A stretch of 64,000 nucleotides of DNA, taken from Victivallales bacterium (GTDB lineage: Bacteria; Verrucomicrobiota; Lentisphaeria; Victivallales; GWF2-38-69). The position numbers and the translations under genes are program-made. Shown here in pieces: positions 27,794 through 37,218 of this stretch (within the stretch, counting starts at the first letter, position 1; the number at the start of each line of letters is the position of its first letter). The DNA lies in NCBI GenBank assembly GCA_965228125.1, contig OZ245791.1, positions 961,596 to 1,025,595 of the forward strand. Direction: 5' to 3'. Below the pieces are notes generated by a model. The model made no database searches. It worked only from the letters and a program-made list of their open reading frames with translations, and was not told where the DNA came from.

Positions 27794-30700
27794 ATGAACC
27801 CAATGATAAAAATTCTGAAAGCGATAATGGTTTTTGCCATTATAAGTTTTTTATCAACGGCACTCTTTGCTTCCGTAGATTACAAGGTAAGCTCTGATTG
27901 GGGGTCAGCTTTTCAAGGATCTATCGCAGTAAAAAATACAACGCCTCAAGCTTATGAAAATTTCTCGCTTGAATTCGATCTGCCTTATAACATAACTTCT
28001 ATTTGGGATGCAAAAATCCTTTCGCATACTGCAAACCATTACGTAATCACTCTTCCTTCCTGGAAAAGTTCCATAGCTCCTAACGAAAGCTATTCTTTTG
28101 GCTTTATTGCTGCCCCGGGAAATGCTACAGAAAAACCCAGCAATATCAAAATAAATGGTTATCAAATTGATCCGACAGTCCCAGTAAATCCGAAAGCTGT
28201 AGATGATTTTATTACTACTGACATCAACGCCTCAGCAGCTATTAAGCCTTTAGCTAACGACAATGATCCTGAAGGCAATCCATTTTTCATAGCTGCAATT
28301 TCTAGTCCTCTTCATGGGGAAGCTGTCTTGGAAGGAGATACAGTCACTTACACCCCTAACCAAGGTTACATTGGAACAGATTCTTTTAAATACACTATAG
28401 AAAACAGCAAAGGCGGAAAGGATACTGCCACAGTCAACATCACGGTCAAATCTTCTGTCCCAACTCCTGAAAATCCTGATGTAAGCTTCAAAGTTACTTC
28501 TGACTGGGGAAGTGGATTCAATGCTGATATGAAAATTACAAACAATACTTCATCCCCATTTAATTCATGGACGTTGGAATTCGACTTCCCTCACAATATT
28601 TCATCTTTGTGGAATGGCATGATTGTGAGCCATGTTGGCGCCCATTATGTAGTCAAAGACGCAGGATGGAACGGTTCGGTACCAGTTAAAGGAAGCGTTT
28701 CAATCGGTTTCGGGGCTGCGCCTGGCGGAACTATCACAGCTCCATACAATATTAAGCTCAATGGACAAGGTGTAAACCCTGATGAAGACAAGCCGATAGC
28801 CAATAATGATACTGCTACAGTAGATCAGGATAAATCTGTAACTATAGATGTCCTTAAAAATGACAGTGGAAAAAACCTTACAATATCAAAAGTTTCTTCG
28901 CCTGCTCATGGTACAACTGTGATAGAAAATGAAAAGATTATCTACACCCCTGAAAAAACTTACAGCGGAGCGGATGCATTTACTTATTCTGCAAAAGACA
29001 GCAATGCACTGGAAGCAACCGCAAATGTATCAGTTACTATTCTCAAAGCTCCAGAGCCTGAAGCCCCTGTAGCAAACCCTGACACAGCAAGCACGAAAAA
29101 AGATACCTCTGCATTAATTGATGTCCTTAGTAATGATACAGTAACAAATGGTTCCCTCTCTCTTGAAAGCGTAACTCAGCCACCAAATGGTACAGCTGAA
29201 ATATTTAACGGAAAAATCGAATATACTCCGAAGAGCGGATTTACCGGACTGGATAGTTTTAGTTACACAGTAAAAGACAGTTTGGGACTTGCCGCTATAG
29301 GTTTAGTCAGTGTCTATGTAAATACAGAAGTAGCTTCAAATAAAGTCAATGCTACATATTGGAGTATCTGGGGAAACAATACTTCTTATAATATTGGCGG
29401 AAAGCAAATCACATCAACCCCAATAGACCTTGACAAAATCGACTCTTCATATAATTGCCTGATTGTAGCATTTATAATCACGGATTCCAACGGCGATTAT
29501 TATCTTGCATACAATCTTGACAATCCTTCAAGCGGAGTAGGCACATATACAGAAGCCCAAGTCAAACAGTTTATTGCTAATGCAAAAGCTCAGGGCAGAA
29601 AAGTAATTGTTTCTGTCGGCGGAGAACAATTCCATCTTGACCTAAAGAGTGAGTCGCAGATAGCGTCGTTCGTAACTCAGATTCAGAGAATAGTTGATGA
29701 ATACGACTTTGACGGCCTCGATCTTGATCTGGAATCAGGCTCTTTCTCTTCTAATCCTGTATATCTCGGGCAGGCTGTTAGCCAAATTATTTCGCATTAT
29801 CGTGAACAGGGCAAAAATTTCTGGCTGACTGCCGCTCCTGAGTGGCCATACATAGTTCCTTTTGCATGGGGATCAGGGCAATGGGCATCTCACAGCCTAG
29901 CAGGGGACTTCTATATAAACCTAATCAAAACCATCGGAGTGAATAATTTCACATATATATGGCCTCAGATGTACAATCAAGGCCCTGCCAATGGGATTAC
30001 CGCCCAAGGTGGGACAAAGACATCACCTGCAGACGGTATGGATAAATTCCTTGCAGGAATGGTTTGGGCTGCAACAACTCAGGCAGGATACGAAGCAAAT
30101 GGCAGCATAGGATTACAGATCCCAGCATCTAAATTTGCTCTTGGAATACCTGCTACTGAAGGAGCCGCCGGCGGCGAAATGGCATATATCGCCACTCCGT
30201 CTCTGATAGCTTCGGCATGTAATCTTATCGAATCACAAGGAAATGATGTTGCAGGATTCATGAACTGGAGTGTTGACTGGGATGCTTTGAAAATCACAGA
30301 TGGCCAGCTTACAGCCGGATACAGTCATGAACCTTGGGATACAGGCAGAGCTGTTGCCAATGCCCTCAATATCAATTCAACCCCGATTCCAGTCGAGACA
30401 CAACTTAGTTTTGCATCTTTAACTGACGGGCAAACAATAGAAATGTCTGAACTTTCTACGGTCGATATTCTTCTTAGTATTGTCGGAAACGCATCGGATA
30501 TTGATTCAATAACCATAGAAGTTGACGGTAAAATATATCAAGGAACAGAAGTGTCATGGATTCCAAACGATTTTGGACAGCATCGAATTGTCGCTGAAGC
30601 CATAGAGAAAAGCGGAGCCACAATCATTCTGGCTATCAATGTATGCATAGAAAAGACAACAGTTGTTCCGCAACCATCACCATCCAAAAAACAAATCATA

Positions 30701-31993
30701 GGTTATTTTACTCAGTGGGATGCCTGGAAAGGGGAATCCTTTGGCCTTCCAGCCAAAGGAGTTTACAATCAGCTCAATATCGATTATTCAAAATATACTA
30801 TTCTTAATTACTCTTTCTTTGGAGTAGCAAAAGACGGCTCTTTGCATAGCGCAGATTTTAGGAACAAAGCCATGACAGCTACAAACACCACTGCAGATCA
30901 GGAACCTGCCCCAATGATTAATGATGATATTTACAGCAGCTGGGATATCTGGCTTCTATATGGAGATGTGCAGTATGACTGGAGTACAAGCCCGGCTAAA
31001 CTTGTTAAAGTTGCAGACGGGGCAAAAGGTTTATTCGATCTTTGTAAAGAAAACAATGTCAAACTCATGGCTTCAATTGGCGGATGGAGTATGAGTAAGC
31101 ACTTCTCTGATATGGCCAATAGCGCTACTATGAAGGCCAGTTTCCTTAAAGATTGTAAAACTCTCATGGAAATGGGATTCGATGGAATAGATATAGACTG
31201 GGAATTTCCTGGCGCTCCTGGAATGAATTTCCCCGGGAAAGATTATGACTGTGCCAATTTCGTATATTTAATGAGAGACCTCAGAGCTACTATAGGCCCA
31301 GATAAACTTATTACAGCGGCTTTTAGTGCGGTTCCTGCCAGATTAAATAATTTTGACTGGAAAGCTTTATCTGCTAATGTCGACTATTTTAATATTATGT
31401 CTTATGACCTTGAGGGCGGATGGTCTGATTTTACAGGGCATCACTCTCCTCTTTATGGCGATGAAAACTCTTTTTGCTGGAATAACACGGTTAAATTTTT
31501 AACTGAACAAAAAGGCGTAAATCCTGAAAAGATAAATATGGGAACCGGATTTTATGGAAGAGGTATAGAAACTCAGCAGGGAGCTTATCTCGGAGCACAG
31601 ACTAAAAAATCAATGAAGAGTTTTTCTATTGATGGTTCTTTGGAATCTGCAGCCGATTTTGCAAACTGGGGCCTTTTCGAAGGTACACCTAATTATTCAT
31701 ATATAACTAGAAATACTTCTGATTGGTTCTATCATTGGGATGATGTTGCCAAAGTCCCTTATATGACGAAAGATAATTATTTCTTAAGCTATGATAATCC
31801 TGAATCGATAGGTTTAAAAGCTGACTATGTCAATAATAAAAACTTAGGCGGGGTTATTGTTTGGCAGGTTTTCGGTGATATGCAGTTTGAAGGCGGAGTG
31901 TCTTATGTAAATCCTTCGGTTAAAAAATTGCCAAAGGCAAATAAGGTTACGACTCCTCTTCTGGATGTGCTTTATACTAATTTAAATAAGTAG
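27794..31993 (+). CDS. Secreted multidomain chitinase: 2x CBM2-like, 3x cadherin-like/Big repeats, GH18 #1, Ig-like, GH18 #2
   Basis: 1399 aa from ATG 27794 (AAGGAGG RBS; the track TTG at 27764 is less likely). Signal peptide. CBM2-like 27877-28166 and 28478-28770 (DWGSGF...W...FGF). Repeats with NDxA...VLxND...YTP...D.F.Y. GH18 motifs DFDGLDLDLE (Glu 29732-29734) and FDGIDIDWE (Glu 31202-31204). Confidence 0.9.
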   Translation: MNPMIKILKAIMVFAIISFLSTALFASVDYKVSSDWGSAFQGSIAVKNTTPQAYENFSLEFDLPYNITSIWDAKILSHTANHYVITLPSWKSSIAPNESYSFGFIAAPGNATEKPSNIKINGYQIDPTVPVNPKAVDDFITTDINASAAIKPLANDNDPEGNPFFIAAISSPLHGEAVLEGDTVTYTPNQGYIGTDSFKYTIENSKGGKDTATVNITVKSSVPTPENPDVSFKVTSDWGSGFNADMKITNNTSSPFNSWTLEFDFPHNISSLWNGMIVSHVGAHYVVKDAGWNGSVPVKGSVSIGFGAAPGGTITAPYNIKLNGQGVNPDEDKPIANNDTATVDQDKSVTIDVLKNDSGKNLTISKVSSPAHGTTVIENEKIIYTPEKTYSGADAFTYSAKDSNALEATANVSVTILKAPEPEAPVANPDTASTKKDTSALIDVLSNDTVTNGSLSLESVTQPPNGTAEIFNGKIEYTPKSGFTGLDSFSYTVKDSLGLAAIGLVSVYVNTEVASNKVNATYWSIWGNNTSYNIGGKQITSTPIDLDKIDSSYNCLIVAFIITDSNGDYYLAYNLDNPSSGVGTYTEAQVKQFIANAKAQGRKVIVSVGGEQFHLDLKSESQIASFVTQIQRIVDEYDFDGLDLDLESGSFSSNPVYLGQAVSQIISHYREQGKNFWLTAAPEWPYIVPFAWGSGQWASHSLAGDFYINLIKTIGVNNFTYIWPQMYNQGPANGITAQGGTKTSPADGMDKFLAGMVWAATTQAGYEANGSIGLQIPASKFALGIPATEGAAGGEMAYIATPSLIASACNLIESQGNDVAGFMNWSVDWDALKITDGQLTAGYSHEPWDTGRAVANALNINSTPIPVETQLSFASLTDGQTIEMSELSTVDILLSIVGNASDIDSITIEVDGKIYQGTEVSWIPNDFGQHRIVAEAIEKSGATIILAINVCIEKTTVVPQPSPSKKQIIGYFTQWDAWKGESFGLPAKGVYNQLNIDYSKYTILNYSFFGVAKDGSLHSADFRNKAMTATNTTADQEPAPMINDDIYSSWDIWLLYGDVQYDWSTSPAKLVKVADGAKGLFDLCKENNVKLMASIGGWSMSKHFSDMANSATMKASFLKDCKTLMEMGFDGIDIDWEFPGAPGMNFPGKDYDCANFVYLMRDLRATIGPDKLITAAFSAVPARLNNFDWKALSANVDYFNIMSYDLEGGWSDFTGHHSPLYGDENSFCWNNTVKFLTEQKGVNPEKINMGTGFYGRGIETQQGAYLGAQTKKSMKSFSIDGSLESAADFANWGLFEGTPNYSYITRNTSDWFYHWDDVAKVPYMTKDNYFLSYDNPESIGLKADYVNNKNLGGVIVWQVFGDMQFEGGVSYVNPSVKKLPKANKVTTPLLDVLYTNLNK

Positions 31994-32022
31994 AAAATTT
32001 ACCATATAACTGATTTCTAAGG

Positions 32023-32047
32023 CATGCGCAGTTCCAAACTGCGTATG
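32023..32047. terminator. Hairpin between convergent chitinase and decarboxylase genes (possible bidirectional terminator)
   Basis: CATGCGCAGT-TCCAA-ACTGCGTATG (10-bp stem, one G:U). Flanking T/A runs are weak. Confidence 0.35.
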
Positions 32048-32061
32048 TCTGTTATAAACGC

Positions 32062-33381
32062 CTAGACTTTAATAAAATCAGGAATGGGCTTAATGAAATT
32101 CTGGCGAAGGCTCCATGTGTAAGCACCCTGCATCGGCACCATCAATATATCGCCTTCCTTAATGCCTTCGCCGAAGTAATTATAGCCCCAGACGTCGTGA
32201 GGAGTACATAGAGCCCCTAGAATATTGAAACTCTTCTCCTCCAAAGACGGCCTGTCCATGTTGATTATCGGAAAGTAGTCGTACTCGAACCTATCCCAGC
32301 CTATTGTGTTAGTCCCTGCATCGACTATGGCTATATCAGGTTCCTTGACATCGATTACAGTCAAAAATATCTGGACTGAATCATTACATATCCACCTGCC
32401 CGGCTCGAAACAAATCCGGCAATCGATCACTGAAAGAATATGCTCTTTTATCGTCCGGTTTATTTCCTGAGCAAAAAAAGAAATGGGTTTGGCTGGAAGG
32501 CGGTAATGTTCTTCTCTTGTTTTCTCATCCAGAGTTTCAATGGCTTTCTCGACCATTCCTATGTTGGTTGTCTCATAGTGCATCCATTCGCCCTGTTCCG
32601 GCCAGTAGCCGCCCCCAATATCAATAAACCTGATAGCCCGACAACATTCGGTGGAGACTTCTCTGAGGACAACACCAATTTTCTTTAAAAATTCGCATTG
32701 TGTTGATGGATTCAGATTCCAACTAGTATGAAACTGCAAGCCTTCAAAGTGGATAAATCCACATTTTCTAGTTTGCTGATAGAATTCTTCCAATCTTTCG
32801 GGGAGTATCCCGAATTTACGCCAAAGCATCTTTGGGTTCGTCGTAAGTCTTACACCGATTCGGATAGTCGTCTGCATGGATTTGACAATCGTCTTGAGTC
32901 TTTCTAGCTCACCAAAGCTGTCAACAAGTATCTTTACTCTATTGGAACTTGAAACGGCCTGAATCAATTCCTTATCCGTCTTACCGGGTCCGCTGAATAC
33001 TATGTCGTCACATCCCAAAGAGAGAGCCTGGTCGAGTTCAAGCCCACTCGAGACATCCAGGCCATAACCATTTTTCATCATCTCACGGGAAAAATCAGGA
33101 TGGTTATTGCATTTCATGGCAAAGTAGAACGATGTGTCGGATAAAACTGAACCAAAAATTTCTCTGAAATCATCTGCTTTCCGCTTTAGTATCTGAGGTT
33201 CAAATATATAGCATGGAGCATTGTGTTTCTTAAGCAGGTCTAAATAATAGTTTCTCTTATCCAGATAGGATGCTACAATGGATTTTATTTCTTCCTGAGG
33301 AAAAATCGGGTTATTCTCCTCAAATATAATATCAAGTTTATCCTTGATAAGTCTTTTTCTGTTTCCTGCCAACATAGCCAT
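32062..33381 (-). CDS. Group IV (Orn/DAP/Arg-type, alanine-racemase fold) PLP-dependent decarboxylase, divergent
   Basis: 439 aa. FYFAMKCN (PLP lysine context), DVSSGLEL, DIGGGY, EPGRW, GALCTPHD, GAYTWS. HTSWN replaces the usual HxGSQ. 6-nt gap to the upstream gene. Confidence 0.75.
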   Translation of the reverse strand: MAMLAGNRKRLIKDKLDIIFEENNPIFPQEEIKSIVASYLDKRNYYLDLLKKHNAPCYIFEPQILKRKADDFREIFGSVLSDTSFYFAMKCNNHPDFSREMMKNGYGLDVSSGLELDQALSLGCDDIVFSGPGKTDKELIQAVSSSNRVKILVDSFGELERLKTIVKSMQTTIRIGVRLTTNPKMLWRKFGILPERLEEFYQQTRKCGFIHFEGLQFHTSWNLNPSTQCEFLKKIGVVLREVSTECCRAIRFIDIGGGYWPEQGEWMHYETTNIGMVEKAIETLDEKTREEHYRLPAKPISFFAQEINRTIKEHILSVIDCRICFEPGRWICNDSVQIFLTVIDVKEPDIAIVDAGTNTIGWDRFEYDYFPIINMDRPSLEEKSFNILGALCTPHDVWGYNYFGEGIKEGDILMVPMQGAYTWSLRQNFIKPIPDFIKV

Positions 33382-33387
33382 TCCCGG

Positions 33388-36300
33388 TTATTTCAATTTG
33401 ATTAAATACATTGAGTTCTGTTCCGATAAGAGATAGTCCTGAATATCCACTATTCTTGAGTAATCTTCGGGCGGAATAATAGACGGCCTAAGTTTGTATT
33501 CAATAACATGATAGAATGTCGACGGTTCTTTTCCTGCTGATACAGAGCTTATATAAATAGAACCTGTCCCGCCGGGGACTGCGAAGTTACAGCTGGAGGG
33601 TTTAATCATTACTTTTTCCGTATTGTCAGGGAAAGTTATTTTGTTTGCGAGTTTGAGATTAAGAATAGAGTCATTGTAATAAGGGTAAAACTTCTCACTG
33701 GCACCAAGGGTAAAAATTTTGGCATTTCCAAGATAGGAGTTGAAATACACAAAATCACCTTCTTTTACGCAATAATCAGGCACTTTTATTTTAAAAGTTT
33801 CTGTTCCTGGATATGTGGAAAAATCACATTTAAGGTCATCAACACTAAACGCTGACTGAGAAATTTTAGAGATGAGTTCTTTATAAAATCTAGCTTTATC
33901 TTCAGGCGTAAGAAGTGATATGAGCCGATTTTCATAGCCGAAATTATTTCCAAATAGTTTTTTCGTTATTTTGATTTCTGCACTCAAATCGGAAAACAAT
34001 ACAGTATTTACAATCACATCAGCCGCAGTCTCTTTTCCTTCCGCAGGGCGTATTTCAATCGACGCCGCATCGTTTAAAAGCACTGCACATTCCCCTTCAT
34101 GCCTTACTGTCCCATAGGCTGAATACTGATCAGTGTCATTTAAATAAATCTCACTGCCCTGAGAATCTTTCACTCTTACAAGAATAGAACTAAAGATTTG
34201 TCTCTGAGGGGTATTCAAAACAGGGCTTGTCACTTGCTCAAGGTATGGAAGCGAAGAAGCGATAAGTAATTCAGTTTTGAATCCGACAGCTTTAAGCATG
34301 ACACTGTAAATCAAAGCCGTATCCGCACCATTGCCGTAACCGTCCTTAAGCGTAACATCAGGCTTGGTTAATGCGTTAAAAGGCAAATCAGTAAAGGCCG
34401 GCCCTGTCATGTTAATATTAGTAGCTATGAAATTTCTTATGGCAACAATCTTGTCCTCATCGGTAGTTTTGCCACTAACGAGCTTCTCAGCCAACTGGCT
34501 GCATTTTGGATTATTAACAACAAGTTCTTCCAATGACTCCTTAAGAGAGTCTGAATAATCTTTCCAGTTTCCATCAGAAACAATAACTACGGGAAGAAAA
34601 TTCCAAACCGGAGGAAAAGAGGATTCCTGTACTACCGCACTCTGATTGACAGCCGTCCATGAGTAAGTTGTCCAACCACCTTCTTCTGTCACTTTCTCGC
34701 TGATAGTGTCGGCATTTTTCTTATCTATTTTGATGTTTTGCCTATTGGAAACTTTTAATTTTACGCGGTATTCATCTACAGGATACCTGTTCCTGAAAAT
34801 GAACATATCAGAATAAAAAGGTTTATTCTTTGACTCAACTTCATATTCAATACTTATCGTAGACCCCACATCCACACCAGGCAAACTAGCCACAAGAAGC
34901 TTTTCAGCAGGATAGCGCGGCGCTGAAGCAACCCACGGGGAATCCATAACATTAATCTCTGTCGGGTCTAACTTGTAAACCTTACCAGAAGCCGAAGTAA
35001 CTTCAGCGTTAACTATCTTAGCAGTCTCCCAAACAGGATTGTATGACAGCTTCATTTCCGAATTATCTTTTTTGCCATTATAAGTGAGGATTTTTGTCTG
35101 AGTCTTATACTTCTCCGTCACCGAACCGTCGGCATTCAAAGTCACATCCACATTTTGAAGCAGGATTTTGGCATCATTTTCTTTTTCTCTGGGAATCTGC
35201 AAAGCAGAAGAAACTTCATTGCCATCTGACGAACAGATAAGTCTAGTTCTGTTATTGATTTCCATGGTCTGAAGATCTTTCTTCAGCCCCAGATACTGTA
35301 CAGGAGAAAACTCCACAACATTTATAAGGAATTCAGAGGACGCTGTAAGATTTCTGCCTTTTACTGAAATATCTTTGGAGAAGTCAACAGTTTCAGTATC
35401 AATATCTCTGAATTTCGGGGAACCCGCTGCCTTTAAATTGTCAGGCAGAAGCAGATTTATCTTCTCATCATAGCCGCAGGCAACACTTGTAACTAGAGGA
35501 TATTTCCTCTCAGTCAAACCTGTTTGCCCAACTATATAATTTACGATCCCAATGCTTCCGCCAAGCCATGGTAAATTCAAAGTGCTCATGTTGTCGCCTA
35601 ACACAAAAGAGTTTTTTGCAGTGAACCTCAGCTTGACAGACAAATTTTCAGACATATCAAAAAGATTTGCAGGGGTAATTGTGTAATAGAATAACTGTGA
35701 ATTAGGCACAGCTTTTCTCAGAATGCTTTCAAAGAAAGTTTTTCTTTCATCATTCGAAAATTTTGCAAACTGCCCCCTGTAAAGGGAATCGTTTATACCA
35801 TCGAACTTTATAACCGATTCTGCATCAATCAACCCGTCAGATGATAGAGTTCCGTCCGTAGCAATTTCTACCATATTTTCTCTTGCAGGAATTATCGGTG
35901 TCGTCTTTAAAGTATCGCCTTCCGGCTTTGCTTCCAGATAACTCCTATCGGACAAATACGCAGGAAAAATCTCTTTTGATGATTCATTTGTCGGATCCAT
36001 AAAGATCGTTTGCCCGTCTGCAAATTCCACACAACAGACTGCATGATTGAAATACGGAATAGGAACTTCCTTATCCAACTTCGGCCCAACCATAATGAGA
36101 ACAGGATATGCCTTGTACCCCGCAAGCCTAAGCATGGACACAAGCAAGGCTGCTTTATCTCTGCAAACTCCATAGCGGTTATTGAAAGTAATGTTTACGT
36201 CATGAGGTTCAAATCCCGGAGCATCTGTTTCTGTGGTTAATCCCATGTACCTAATTTGTTGAGCTACAAAATAGTAAACGGATTTTATTTTATCCAGATC

Positions 36301-37191
36301 GTTTTCTTTACCGGCAATTAGCTCCTTTACCATCTTCTTCATATCAGGAGTAGTAGCATTCAAATGCGGAAGACACAGATTCCAGTACCACTTCGATACA
36401 CTTTTCCATGAATCAATTGTGCTAACTAAAACCCTCTGAACCACCGACTGTATTGGCGGCATATTAGGTTCAGGGAACATCCTTGGAACATTATGGGCCT
36501 CCCATACATACCTTATATTGTCACCGCTTTTGTCAACAAAAGCAGTTACTGTATCCTGTATTTTGTCCAAAACTTCTTTTTTTATTATTGGCCTGTCTTT
36601 AGGTGCAATTACTTCGTATTTGAAATGAACTACAGGAGAAGTTGATTCCAGCAATTCAAGGTCAAACCATGCATCAGGGATTATTGTTTTATATATAGTC
36701 TCACAAGTCACGTACCTTACACAGTCGCCAATCTCAAGTTCGGGAATTGTAACACTTAACACCTTGTCATCTGGATTGTATATATTTGCAAACATCTGTG
36801 AATCATCGACCATTTCTCTGGCATTACTCTTAACATCAACCTCGCTTATTGAGCCGTCCTTTTTAATTACTTGAAGTTTCTTTATCTCAATGCGTGAGTA
36901 AGGCAATGTGTAGTTAAAACTAATAATCTTATAATCTTCCCTTCCTTTATCCGTAAGGATTTTAAACAGAGTATCATCCCAACATTCCCCTGTTCCATCT
37001 GATTTATAAGTGCTCTTAATATAATCATCTACAAGCACTTCATCACAGTTTGGATAACTTTCTATCGTGCAAAGTTTGGATTTCTCTATGGTTTCCTGAA
37101 GATTTAGCAGCCCTGCTGAAAAATCATCTGCCCAGAGGAAACAAGTAACTGCCATTAAAAATGCAATCAATGAGGACTTATAAAAACGCAT
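33388..37191 (-). CDS. Exported tandem DUF3857/transglutaminase-core/DUF3858-like protein (one intact and one degenerate TGase core)
   Basis: 1267 aa from ATG 37191 (AAGGA 9 nt upstream; the track TTG at 37197 is only 3 nt from it). Signal peptide MRFYKSSLIAFLMAVTCFLWA. Core 1 is YGVCRD (Cys codon 36163-36165) / FNHAV / FMDPT. Core 2 is GYGNGAD (Gly codon 34327-34329) / FSSIL / LNDTD. Confidence 0.8.
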   Translation of the reverse strand: MRFYKSSLIAFLMAVTCFLWADDFSAGLLNLQETIEKSKLCTIESYPNCDEVLVDDYIKSTYKSDGTGECWDDTLFKILTDKGREDYKIISFNYTLPYSRIEIKKLQVIKKDGSISEVDVKSNAREMVDDSQMFANIYNPDDKVLSVTIPELEIGDCVRYVTCETIYKTIIPDAWFDLELLESTSPVVHFKYEVIAPKDRPIIKKEVLDKIQDTVTAFVDKSGDNIRYVWEAHNVPRMFPEPNMPPIQSVVQRVLVSTIDSWKSVSKWYWNLCLPHLNATTPDMKKMVKELIAGKENDLDKIKSVYYFVAQQIRYMGLTTETDAPGFEPHDVNITFNNRYGVCRDKAALLVSMLRLAGYKAYPVLIMVGPKLDKEVPIPYFNHAVCCVEFADGQTIFMDPTNESSKEIFPAYLSDRSYLEAKPEGDTLKTTPIIPARENMVEIATDGTLSSDGLIDAESVIKFDGINDSLYRGQFAKFSNDERKTFFESILRKAVPNSQLFYYTITPANLFDMSENLSVKLRFTAKNSFVLGDNMSTLNLPWLGGSIGIVNYIVGQTGLTERKYPLVTSVACGYDEKINLLLPDNLKAAGSPKFRDIDTETVDFSKDISVKGRNLTASSEFLINVVEFSPVQYLGLKKDLQTMEINNRTRLICSSDGNEVSSALQIPREKENDAKILLQNVDVTLNADGSVTEKYKTQTKILTYNGKKDNSEMKLSYNPVWETAKIVNAEVTSASGKVYKLDPTEINVMDSPWVASAPRYPAEKLLVASLPGVDVGSTISIEYEVESKNKPFYSDMFIFRNRYPVDEYRVKLKVSNRQNIKIDKKNADTISEKVTEEGGWTTYSWTAVNQSAVVQESSFPPVWNFLPVVIVSDGNWKDYSDSLKESLEELVVNNPKCSQLAEKLVSGKTTDEDKIVAIRNFIATNINMTGPAFTDLPFNALTKPDVTLKDGYGNGADTALIYSVMLKAVGFKTELLIASSLPYLEQVTSPVLNTPQRQIFSSILVRVKDSQGSEIYLNDTDQYSAYGTVRHEGECAVLLNDAASIEIRPAEGKETAADVIVNTVLFSDLSAEIKITKKLFGNNFGYENRLISLLTPEDKARFYKELISKISQSAFSVDDLKCDFSTYPGTETFKIKVPDYCVKEGDFVYFNSYLGNAKIFTLGASEKFYPYYNDSILNLKLANKITFPDNTEKVMIKPSSCNFAVPGGTGSIYISSVSAGKEPSTFYHVIEYKLRPSIIPPEDYSRIVDIQDYLLSEQNSMYLIKLK

Positions 37192-37218
37192 AACCAATAA
37201 TCCTTGTGTTTGTCTATT

